From Octopus vulgaris (Eukaryota), in NCBI GenBank assembly GCA_951406725.2, contig OX597830.1, positions 53,940,001 through 54,004,000 of the forward strand: 64,000 nt of DNA, read 5' to 3'. Shown here piece after piece: positions 1 through 12,600 of the stretch (within the stretch, counting starts at the first letter, position 1; the number at the start of each line of letters is the position of its first letter). Made by a program: the position numbers and the translations under genes. The notes below the pieces were generated by a model. The model was not told the DNA's origin. It ran no database searches and worked only from the letters and a program-made list of their open reading frames with translations.

Positions 1-239
1 AATAAGCTATATGATAAGTATGTTATCCCATATGTCCTTCCTTTCTTTCTTAATGACAGTAGGGTTTATTTTGGAGGTAGATTTGGTTGCTATTTCTAGC
101 AGGCCAGCTGACTAAGTAGAGATTTCCACTGGTTCGTGAACAAAGAATTATAAAGAATGGGGGGGGGGTTGTGAAAAAACATCGAACATAGAATCATTTA
201 GTAACCGGAGTTGTAAACATCACAGTATGAACTGTAAAT

Positions 240-870
240 TCACCGTTGTAAGCACCATAGAGTGTTTCATTAGCTCGTAGTGCCAAGTTCCTCCAGCAGG
301 AATTCATAGCTGACTCTTACCCCAAACTTGTCATGGCATTGACATGGTTTCCAAGTAGGCTGCAACGCGTCTGGCGTACTCTGAGTCTCCCGAAAGTCAC
401 TGATTGGATGATGTTCGCCACACCCCGATCTAAACGTACTTTTAACATGTGTCTACGAAGAGCTTTTCTCCCAGACATATCTACAGTATCGTACCTTTCA
501 ACAGTGCATATATATTAAATATGGTATACAGATAGCTATTTAAACTTAATGTTGTTCCAGTTGCGTACATGAAGGTTTTAGCCAGCCCAACATGCATTCC
601 ACGTGTTCACTGTTACCAAAATATCGAAGGGTGACTGATTTTGTTTAGGCATGTGACTGGTGAGTAAAGGCTCTTCAGAAGGCCCAGGTAACCCCAAACA
701 CCTCTGACGTTCTCGCAAGTCACTACCCGGATGATGTTCCTCTCTCCAAATTATAATGTCTACGAAGAGATTTTTCTTTCAGACAAAAACCATCCACCTT
801 TCAATGGTGTATATACGTTAAGTATGATGTACCAATGGCTGTCTTTAATTTTATGCTGTTTTAGTTGCAT
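240..870 (-). mobile_element. Possible heavily decayed pogo/Tigger-like transposase remnant with an internal ~120-bp duplication (451-570 vs 757-875)
   Basis: Minus-strand fragments KVRYCRYVW and MNSCWRNLA resemble the pogo DDE C-terminus; weak. Confidence 0.25.
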
Positions 871-2424
871 ATACAGGCTTGCTTTCCAACCACATGGTTC
901 CGAGTTCAGTACCACTGCGTGGCACCTTCGGCAGTTAGGGAAAAATGGATGCCTTGGAAAGTAAATGGAATGGTCATAGCTTGTGTTATGTAATCATCAC
1001 AACAAACATGAACAATCAACGTTGCCCATTGTCTCCCTTGATACAAGGACATTCAGTAAGTTTCCCGCCACAACAAATACCTTGTACAACAACGGCAGTC
1101 TAATAAAGTATCTCGTATCGTTAACACGTTTTTTCAGTCTCTCTCATTTTCTTAATCTTTCATACCAAGTACTCACTACTTCCTTTAATACTCAATACAT
1201 TATATATATATAACAACAACAGCTTGAATGTCTTTCGTCAAGGTTGACCCGAGATTAAACAATAGATTATCCGAGCATTAAACTGTTTGTTACGAGCGAA
1301 ATAACGAATGTCATTCCATTTTGCTGATTATTAATAATATATACGAATGTGCTCAGTCGAATACACCGACCATTGTATTTAATTCGTACTCGATTTTATC
1401 GATCTTCGAAGTATAAAAGGCAAAACTGACTTCGGCATGATTTGAACTCGGAACACAAAGAACCAGAATATATTCCGCAAAACATTTATGTTAAACGCGC
1501 TAAGGTCTCTGCCAGCTGACTGTCTTACTGCTATTTATTAATTCGGCCAAACATCGACTAGTTTGTATTAAAACTTCTGATGACTAAATATCCTGGCTGC
1601 ATCGATAGAGCAGAGGATACAATGCCTCGTGTTATTTATTCTAGCTCACTGCGATCTGAGTTCAAATTTCATCGACGTCAATTTCACATTTAGTTCTTTC
1701 GTGGATGGGGGTCGATAAATAAAGTATTCGTTAAATACTGGGACGAATATTCTCTCTTTCCAGGAACCGACGGAAAGGGTCGCTGGAGATCGCTTACAAC
1801 GTTTTTTTTTTCTTCAGAAATGGAGACAAACTGAGCGAGGCGGTTTAGTAACATTTTCACGTAGAAAAACCGAAATAAAGAAACTGTGCATGATTTTTTT
1901 TTATATGGATCACTTAATACGCATGTTGCTGTTTAACCCCGGCTCAAACCTGATTGATCAAAGACATTCCCAGCCATGACCATCCAGTCTTTTTCCGATG
2001 TGAAAGTAATCCAGGACCATTTAATGTGTCCGTTTTTGGAAGACATGGTTGAGATTTCAGGGAGATATGGCAGCATTTTCTAGCAAGTCGAGTGACCACA
2101 TAGAGGCGCTTTTGTTGACCCGAGTCATTCTTATCTCGTGTCAAGGGTGTACTCAGTCTGACCAATCAAAACAGTTGAACCAACATGATACACTTCATAT
2201 GGTGGTGGTGGTGGTGGTAGTAGTGATTGGCGATACGACAGCTGGTGCTTGGAGAAAGAGAGGAAGGGAGGAAAGAAAACTTTTATAAGCAAAACACCGT
2301 CCCCTCTGTCTTCCTTATTAACCACCCTTATCTTGTAATTAACAAGTTTTGTGAATCAACGACTTACTGTGGCTCTCTGTGTAACATAATTTAGCTCTAA
2401 TCAGTTTCTTTTGCCTACTTGTGT

Positions 2425-2464
2425 CCAATCCACGTTGACAAACCCCACCCCTATTCTATATATA
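2425..2464 (+). promoter_or_regulatory. Possible core promoter for exon 1a (CCAAT plus TATA-like box)
   Basis: CCAAT at 2425-2429 and TATATATA at 2457-2464, about 150 nt upstream of the ATG. These are short motifs in AT-rich DNA, so support is weak. Confidence 0.25.
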
Positions 2465-2616
2465 CAATCTTGTTTGTGGGTCACACGATTTTTTTCTTGG
2501 CTGTTTGTTTTGTCAGGCGATTCAACCGACCTCTAGTCGTTTTTCTTTTTCACTAGTGAGTGCAGAAAGTCTGCCAATTTTTCCGTCCTAAACCACAAAC
2601 AATTTACAAACCCACA

Positions 2617-2771
2617 ATGGACACAGACTGTATGACTTTAACGAGGTTCGTTTTAGCAGAACAGAAAAAATATCCTGATGCGAAAGGAGATCTAACACAG
2701 TTGCTAAATGCCATCCTATCGGCAGTGAAAGCCGTCTCGTCTGCTGTGAGGAAAGCAGGAATACATAAATT
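2617..2771 (+). CDS. FBP1: FBPase alternative first coding exon 1a ([52 protein letters not shown])
   Basis: ATG in acaATGG context; 155 nt; ends TT|GTACGT (phase 2), compatible with exon 2 (TT+A = Leu). Confidence 0.9.
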
Positions 2772-5076
2772 GTACGTAATTATAAATTTTATCTGGTAAC
2801 CCTTAAGTTTTGCTGATTAAAACCTAAAGACAATAAGATCATATTTTAAAAACATACGTTGTTGAAATGTGAAGTGGTTAATATTTTTGATTAAATTATA
2901 TAGATTATTTAAAATAACTTTGTTTATCGAACTATCGAGAAAAACTTTAAAGAAAAGTATCTCTTGTTTTCTTTAGTTTTTTGTTGGTTAAAGAAAACCG
3001 TTTGGATCTTTTCACTTTGACCGGCAGATTTTTAAAATAATTTCTTTGTAAAAGTGAAAAAATCCAACCGTTTTTAGTCATAGGGGACACGAAGTACTTT
3101 TTCTTATATATATTTAACATGCTAAATTTAAGGCTACGGAAATACATTTTCGAGAGTTTTTATTTACTTTCCTTGTTTTATCCAACAGCATCAATCACGT
3201 TAGTTTTATACTGTTAAGACTGTGACTACGCTCTCAAATATTAGTTAGAATGTGACTCGTTATTTTAATATTACCCATGGTATTGATGTATGAGTTTTTT
3301 TCTTCTTTCCTTCCTGTTATGTACTTTTCTCTCGTTCTTATTCATCGAAATAAGGAAGCGTAATTGCCAAGAGGAGTTAAATCGAGCTGCCTTTACAATT
3401 CTGTCCCAAGGGAGAAAAGAAGGAAGACACGTAACATGTCTTTTGAACTTTAATTATAAACTCAATTTTCTGTAAATGTTTTTTTTGTCTGACATTTTCT
3501 GGTTTCTGCGAACCAATGATGATAATAATAATCCTTTCCACTATAGGCACAAAGCCAGAAGGTTTTGTGGGGAGGGGAACAGTCGATAAGGTCGACACTA
3601 GTACGCAACTGGGGTACTACTTGAGAATACTGGTCCCGGTGCGCGCACTCGCGTAGTCGCGCTTCCGCGCTAGCTAGTCGATCCTACAACGACTACCTAG
3701 CAAAATAAATAATTTTTTTACACAAAGTAAATAACACACAAAAACTCAAAGTAAGGATTGACTAGTCATGGCTAGCTGGCGCGAGTACGCGAGTGCGCGC
3801 ACCGGGACCACTGTTCTCAAGTAGTACCCGCAACTGGTACTTAATTTATCGACTCCGAAAGGGTGAAAGGCAAAGTCAACCTCGGTAGACTTTGTACTCA
3901 AAACAGCGGCAGACGAAATACTGCCAAGCATTTCTCCCGGTGTGCTAACGATTCAGCCTTGATGATGATGATGATGATGATAATAACAATAATCATTTTA
4001 TACTATTAGCAAAAATGCTGGAATTTTGGGGGATGGGGTAAGTTGATTATATCGATCTCCAGTGCTTGACTGGTACTTATTTCATCGACCCCGAAATGAT
4101 GAAAAGCAAAGTCGACCTAGACGGAATTGAACTCAGAACACTGAATGACGAAATATCATTTTTTTCCGGCGTACTAACGTATCTTAATAATAATAATGAT
4201 AATAATAATAACAATAATAATAATTAATAGTTGTTTCTAGTTTTGGCATAAGGCTAGAACTTGACCGTTAGTTTATCATTATCCGCCCCGTGAAGATGAA
4301 AGGTGAAGTTCACCTCGGCAGAATTTGAACTTAGAATGTAAAGAACTTCGAAGCATTTTTTTCGATTCTCTAACAATTTTGCAAATCCACCAGCTTCTCG
4401 GCCTGGAATTTTGTGGGAGGGAGCTAGTCCATTACATTGTCCCCACTGTTCAACTGGTACTTATTTCATCGACCCCGAAAGGACGAAAGGGAAAGTCGAC
4501 TTTGACGGAATTTGAACTCAAAACGTAAAAGACAGACGAAATGCTGCTAAACATTTTGTTCGGCGTGCTAAAGATTCTGTCAGCTCGCTACCTTCTTCCA
4601 TCCTCTAACAATTGTTTCTGATTTTGGCAGAAAGTCAGCAATTTTGAAGGTAGGGGAACAAGTTGATGCCATCGATCCTAGTACTTGACAAGTACTTTGA
4701 TTTATCGACCCCGGAGGGATGAATGACTCTGCTGATCTAGGCTGGATTTGAACTCAGAATTAAAGAATCGGAGCAAATATCGCATGAGACCCTGTTCAGA
4801 TTTTTGTTACTATTACTGGCAATGACGTGTTTCTTAGTACCGGATCTTTGGGTATATTTAAGCTACATATTATTTATTTCATCTCCTGGTAGATCAACAC
4901 AGTTGATATCTCTTACTTGCATTGTCGTCTTCATTTACCGACTTAAAAGAATATTTTTGGATACAAACACTGCGTTGACACCTTGAGCAAGTGTCATCTA
5001 CTGTAGCATCGGGCCGACCAAAGTCTTGTGAGAGGATTTGGTAGACAGAAACTGAAAGAAGCCCGTCGTAAATATA

Positions 5077-5114
<38 letters not shown>

Positions 5115-8100
5115 ATTTTAATCCAAACGGGAAAACAAAAAAACAACAACAATGGAACAATTACAGTATTATTATTAATAGGCGCTCAGGAAATGGAAGC
5201 AGGAAATATATATATGTGTGTGTATGTGTCTGTCGCCCCCCCCAACATCGCTTGACAACCGATGCTGGTGTGTTTACGTCCCCGTAACATAGCGGTTCGG
5301 CAAAAGGGACAGATAGAAGGTGCTACTTGAGAACAGTGGTCCCGGTGCGCGCACTCGCGTACTCGCGCATCCGCGCTAACTAGTCATGACTAGTCGATCC
5401 TTAATTTGTGTTTTTGTTATATTTACTTTGCTTAACAAAAATTATGTACTTTGTGTAAAAAAAAATTATTTATTTTGTGTTTTATTTACTTTGCTAGGTA
5501 GTCGTTGTAGGATCGGCTGGTCACGACTAGCTAGCGCGGATGCGCGACTACGCGAGTGCGCACACCGGGACCACTGTTCTCAAGTAGTACCCAGATAGAA
5601 TAAGTACTAGGCTTACAAAGAATAAATCCTGGGGTCGATTTGCTCGACTAAAGGCGGTGCTCCAGCATGGCCACAGTCAAATGACTGAAACAAGTAAAAG
5701 AGTAAAGAGTAAACGTGCCCACGTTATTATCGTTTAGCGTTAGACCAACCCTGGTCGAACAACCCTACAATCTAAAGCACTGGTCCTCAACCATTTTTTA
5801 AACCCCTGGACTCATTTGATTCCCGTTTTACTTTTACTGAATCCCCATAACCATTTAATATTTAAAAAATCCAATTAAAATTTTATAACTACATATTATT
5901 TTGAATTGTATAAAAAAATGCTAAAATGTTGTCTTGAAGTATAACCAAATTATTGCACAAAAATTTTAACAACAATATCCCCAAGGGTCATGTGGACCCC
6001 AGTTGAGAACCACTGGTCTAAGGCATTCCAACCGTGGCTATCGAAAGATCGCGCGATTCCATATTTTCTTTAAGATTTACAGCATGTAAAGGACTTCGTT
6101 GTCTTAAGACAGTAAGGCGTGATCTGAAGGAAATTTGGCTGCTATTTTTAGCATGTCGAACTAACACGAAGCGGCTTCTCGTTGGCTCATCTCACACATA
6201 TATATTCACACGCAGCCCCCCCCCCCCCCACCGCGCACGCACACACACACACACACACACACACATTATTGTTGTTGTTAAGCATCAGGACAACCCTGAC
6301 CGAGCAACCCTATGGTCTAAAGCATTCCAGCCATGGCCATCAAAAGCTTGCTCGATCCCGTCTTTCCTTTAAGAGTACAGTATGTAAGCGCTTCATTGTC
6401 TTAAGACAGCAAGGTGTTGTCTGAAGAAGATTTGGCTGCTATATCTAGCATGTCGAGCGAACACGAAGCGACTTTTCGATGGTTCATCACACACACACAC
6501 ACACACGCTCGCGCACATTGATTGTATCTTTTAGCTGTTAAATCAAGCCTTCCAAGACCTGCGTGGCTGCTGTGGTAACTTCTTAACTGTGGTGTCATAG
6601 AAAATTGGGATTTTGGATTTACGTTTGCTAAAAATACATTTGTTGATATTCTCAGATATGTTTCGATACATACCAGTTGGCCACATCTCACTCACGATAC
6701 AAGAAAGTGTAGGGTTGGTCGCTTGGCAAGCTAGAAATGGTAACCTAGCCTTCCTCGAATCAAACCTGTCCGTTTTGGGGTAGCACGCTTAATTTTTTCC
6801 CCAGTTTAAAGCTGCTGCCACCACTACCACCTGGTCCTTTTGAAGGCATTCAGGTAAGGTCTGCGATCAAAGGGTGACATCCTCTTCCAATCCACCAAGC
6901 AGTCTCGTAGCCCATAAAAAGGGTCATCAATGCTGCCCTTCCTTCTCTGGTTAAATCACTGAGCAAAATACACAGGCGGGTAACATACGGTAGATAATGT
7001 AGTCCTAGATGCTCCCCAGAGGACGTAAAGGCTACGGATGAGATTATTTTGATCATAGGTCTGCTTGATCATAGTTTACCTGGGGTTATATCGAACCACA
7101 AGAGATCCTCTAAACCAGTGGTTCTCAACCATTTTTTCCCCTATGAACCCCTTTGATTCCGATTTTACTCGGGTGGACCCCCCGTAATCATTCGATGTTT
7201 AAGAAATCCTGTTATATTTTTATAATTAAATATTAGGAATTATATAAAGAATTGTTTAAATATTTTGTGCAGTGGCTGTGTGCTTACAAACCACATGGTT
7301 CCGGGTTAAGGCCCACTACGTGGCACCTTGAGCAAGTGTCTTCTACAATAGCCTCGGGCCGACCAAAGCCTTGTGAGTGAATTTGGTAGAGGGAAACTGA
7401 AAGAAGCCTGTCGTATACATATATACATACATACATACATACATACATACATGTGTGTGTGTATGCTTGTGTGTCTGTGTGTCCCCCCAACATCGCTTGA
7501 CAACCGATGCTGGTGTGTTTACGTCCCTGTAACTTAGCGGTTCGGCAAAAGAGACCGATAGAATTAGTACTAGGCTTACAAAAAAAAGTATTAGGGTCGA
7601 TTTGCTCGACTAAAGGCGGTGATCCAGCATGACCACAGTCACATGACTGAAACAAGTAAAAGAGTAAACGAGTAATGTAGACGTATAACTAATTTATTGC
7701 ACATAAAGTTTAACAACAAAATTGGTTAAAGCTTACAAGTTGATCCGGAAACGAAAATCAGCTAAAAATAGTGCCAAAGGTGTAAAAAAATATGTGTAGG
7801 AAATGAATACGAAGAAAAAAAAAAATGCGCGCAAAGCGACGGGAGGGTGGGGAGAGGACCGCGGAAAATTCACAAGATCCGAGCTTTTCCCTCATAACTT
7901 TTAGGAAAATGGCTTTTTTTCAATTTTTATTTTTGCTTGGGGTGTTCTTGCTTTTATAACTATCCAGAAGGATAGACATATCATTGAGAACAATAGATTT
8001 AATTGGTGGTCTTGTTATCTCTATTCTAGCTTTTGATGAAGTAGGAGAGGTCAGAAAGTGTCAAGTGGTGAAGACATTATTTCGGCCTAGCTAAAGGCAG

Positions 8101-9634
8101 CTGGAAAATGTAAAACTGCTGTCAGAGAAAAAATCATTGTTCCACCGTGGGAAAAGTTATGTTCCAATGTTAATTTAAATTTGGCTATGGTGGATCGAAT
8201 CCACTTCATGCTTGCAAGATCCACTACACACCCATATGCGTAACATATCCCTTCTATCGACCGTAGATCGATGAAGGATGAATCAAACCGAATAATAATT
8301 GTTGTTATTGGTGTTGATGTTGTTTTTAGCCCGAGGTTCTCTTAAACGAGAAGACTCTATGATCAAAAGCAATCCAGTGGTGATCATTTTCTATATTTTT
8401 CAAAAAATTATAAGAGTCAGTGTCTAACAGCTAACTATTCCTACCTTGATGCTTTATTGTTTAGCCCCAGGTCAGCTCTTATGATTTAAAGCATTCCAAC
8501 CATGCCCTTCCAGTCAATTTCCCAGGCACAGCACTCCTAGGACCACAGCAACCAATGTTAACTCAGAGGCGTTCCAACAGTGATTAAACAATCTTTTTCT
8601 ATACTCTCTTTTATTCTTTTACTTGTTTCAGTCATTTGATTGCGGCCATGCTGGAGCACCGCCTTTAGTCGAGCAAATTGACCCCAGGACTTATTCTTTG
8701 TAAGCCTATTACTTATTCTATCGGGCTCTTTTGCCGAACCGCTAAGTTACGGGGACGTAAACACACCAGCATTGGTTGTCAAGCGATGTTGGGAGGACAA
8801 ACACAGACACACAAACATATATACACACACCTACATATATATATATATGCATATATACGACGGGCTTCTTTACATTCCGTCTACCAAATCCACTCACAAG
8901 GCTTTGGTCAGCCCGAGGCTATAGTAGAAGACACTTGCCCAAGGTGCCACGTAGTGGGCCTTAACCCGAACCATGTGGTTGGTAAGCACTCCTGCGCCTA
9001 GCTACTTACCACACAGCCTCTCCCACGCCTATATCTAACATTTAGATTCTTCAGTGTATTCATTTTTTTTTTCTGTTAAGACCAAAGGGTGTTATTTCTA
9101 GCAGACCAAGCGACCACTAGATATCTTTTATCGTTGTCTCGTGTTCTAATTCTTAATCGCTGTAACATAGCAGCATATTTTATAAATGTGAAGGAACTAT
9201 ATATAACATGGTTTTATATATATTGCACTATAGTAATTCCTTGACTATCGCGGGTGTTACCTTCCAAAACACCTCTCGATAGGTGAAAACCCGCGAAGTA
9301 GAAACAGTACTGTACTGTATATTTTTTGCTATTATTTTTATAATTTATATATATTTAATTTATTATAAATGCAAAACAACACCATGGAGGAATCGACGTA
9401 AGCTTAAATAATAAACCGCGATAGGTGAACCGTGATGTGGCGAGGGACTACTGTATTATGAATATATGTGTATATATTATATACATACAGATGTGTTATA
9501 TATATAACGGCTAATGTCAACGATCAGTATCTAACGTCAGTGACTACAGTTGGTTGGTTAGTCGCTCCGTGAATTCTTCCGATGGGTATTTCCATGTACT
9601 CTTTGCTAGGCGGTAAGAATTGTCTGGAGTATAT

Positions 9635-9667
<33 letters not shown>

Positions 9668-12600
9668 GAGTATAGAGATTTGTACATCCACAGAATTTAT
9701 TTTGTAGTTATATACAACATAATGGCCTACACGTGTTTCCGTTGCAGCGACTACTCACTGTTGCAAATGCAACCTTGCAATATTGTCGGTACAGCTTCAT
9801 CAGGGTCCGTCCATTTGGTCATCCTCGAAGTGAACTGATTGAAGTAAAATTTTGCTAGTGAATGTTCTGTGGGGAGGGGGTATTGTTATTTAGGTATTAT
9901 TTGATTCTTTCAAACGCACGATTTTCACTAAGAACCCCACCCCCAAGACTCGGATTTTTTGCGTGGAATCAAGTACCCTGACCTACAAATATGCTGCAAA
10001 CTATTTTTGTTCGGAAAAAGGGAGTGGGTGGGAATCAGACCCCCCCCCCCCCCATATCCTGGAATCATTAGAAATTAAAGATTTTTTTTTTCCGTTGAAT
10101 GAATTCCCGTGACCTCCTAATATGCTACCAAACCCTTTTTGGGTCTGGAAAACGAGGTGGAGCAAGGTGGAAGCCTCGGAAGTTATTTATAAATATGTGC
10201 TGTTGACCTCAGCTTCACCTCAGTCAACTTTTTCAATTAGAGGCCGAAAACAATAGCTATTTTATCGATTGGGAACAAATAAGTACTGCTAAGCCTTATC
10301 GAGTAGGGGGAAACAGATGCGACGGATGCGTAGAAGAACCTTATCAAATCTTTACATCAAAACACATTAATTAATACGAGACACGAACAATCACTGATAT
10401 GTTTACACGAACGCCCCAGCAACAATTGAGGTTGATATAACAAAGAGAATAAGCATAAAAATATTTAATAACTATAGGCGTAGGGATGGCTGTGTGGTAA
10501 GTAGCTTGTTTACGAACCACATGGTGGCACCTTGGGCAAGTGTCTTTTACTATAGCCTCGGGTGGACCAAAGCCTTGTGAGTGGATTTGGTAGACGGAAA
10601 CTGAAAGAAGCCCGTCGTATATATGTATATATATATATATATATATATGTAATTGTGTGTGTGTATATGTTTGTGTGTCTGTGTTTGTCCCCCCCCCCAA
10701 CATCGCTTGACAATCGATGCTGGTGTGTTTACGTCACCGTAACTTAGCGGTTCGGCAAAAGCGACCGATAGAATAAGTACTAGGCTTACAAAGAATAAGT
10801 CCTGGGGTCGATTTGTTCGACTAAAGGCGGTGCTCCAGCATGGCCACAGTCAAATGACTGAAACTAGTAAAATAGTAGGATCATTAATAAAAACAAACAA
10901 AACAAATGCCCTGTCCAATGTGTAGCACAAATCATGAGCAGCCCAACCCCAAAATGAATCTAAACAAACACGAACCCTTCAACATAAGCACTACACTCGA
11001 AATCAAAAACATAACACACACAGCCGTTAAAAGAAACAAAGAGCTTTACAAAAGCAATTATCTCGACTTTGATATATTTTAGAGCATGTTCTGACTTCGG
11101 ATTGCGACGGGGGTGAAGTTGAGGTCAATAGCACATACTTATGAATAACAATATCCCAGCCTCCAACAAACAATAACTAGCAAAAATTTGCATCAATCGG
11201 TTCAATTCGCGGATGACCAAATGAACGGACCCTGATGAAGCTGCACCGACAATATTGCAAAGTTGCATTTGCAACAGTGAGTAGTCGCTGCATCAGGTCA
11301 TTATAATATGCTGAATATAACTATAAAATACATTTTGTGTATGTACAAGTCTCCATACTCTTTATTATATATAATACTAGCAGTATCGCCCGGCGTTGCT
11401 CGGGTTTGTAAGGGAAATAACTATATAAGCAGTTACTTCCCTTATATAATAGCAAAAAATGCATTAAAAATGGGAAAAAAATTATGGTAAATTTTTTAAT
11501 CGTAGACTCATCGTAGACGCGCGCTAATACCCAGAAGGGCTCGATATGAATCACAACTATAAGATACCCGGTTTTGGTTAAATTGCACCGCAAAATGTGG
11601 GAGTAGTTAGGAATCTAAATCGTAGGAGACAGACACACAACTTCACTTTTATATATAAAGATATATATAATTTAGGGCGGCGAACTGGCAAAAACGTTAG
11701 CGCGCCGGGCGAAATGCTTAGCGGTATTTCGTCTGTCGTTACGTTCTGAGTTCAAATTCCGCCGAGGTTGACTTTGCCTTTCATCCTTTCGGGATCGATA
11801 AATCAAGTAATCGACTTAATCCGTTTGTCTGTCCTTGTTTGTCCCCTCTGTGTTTAGTCCCTTGTGGGCAGTAAAGAAATATATATATATACTGACACAC
11901 AAACCTGCGGAGTTGTCACACAATCATAAGACAAACATGTCAAATTTATCCTATTTCGCCTTAGATTTATCAAATGATAAACAACCTTACTCGATTTTCT
12001 ACCCTCATCAGAGAATCGGTAGCCAATGCGTCTATATCAAGTGTTGTAGTTCCCGAGAACTGGACCTACTTATTTGCGTATTATAAGTATTTAGTACCTT
12101 ATTTAATATCAGAGTTTTGTCGGCATATTTCTCGATGTGAAGCTATAAACTAGGTTATATAGAATAGTCTTTTAATCAGTGATAACAGACAAGAAAACAT
12201 GTGAGAATGGAGGAGCACATTGTTATTGCTTCATATGAGGTCACCCTCATATGATGTCACACTCATATGATGTCAGTAAGATCAAATATGGTATTGCAGC
12301 CTTTACCAATTCGTCTTTTGTATTGAGATGTATTGTATATCGGAATTTGTGTTGCTGTATGAAAATTTCATACAAAAATATCCATATTTCTGGAAGTTGC
12401 GAGGCAACAAATTTGGTGATGGGGTGCATATGTGGACGCATGCTACGTATCTAATATGTCGCCCTTGTCTTTATTTAAGATAGTAAGGTATAATTTAATG
12501 AAAATTTGATGTTGTGTCTAGTAAAAAGCTAACGGCCACGCGAGAGTCTTCTTCAATGTCAGCCGTTTAAAGTGGTTTGATACCTTTAGTTTAAGATTTC

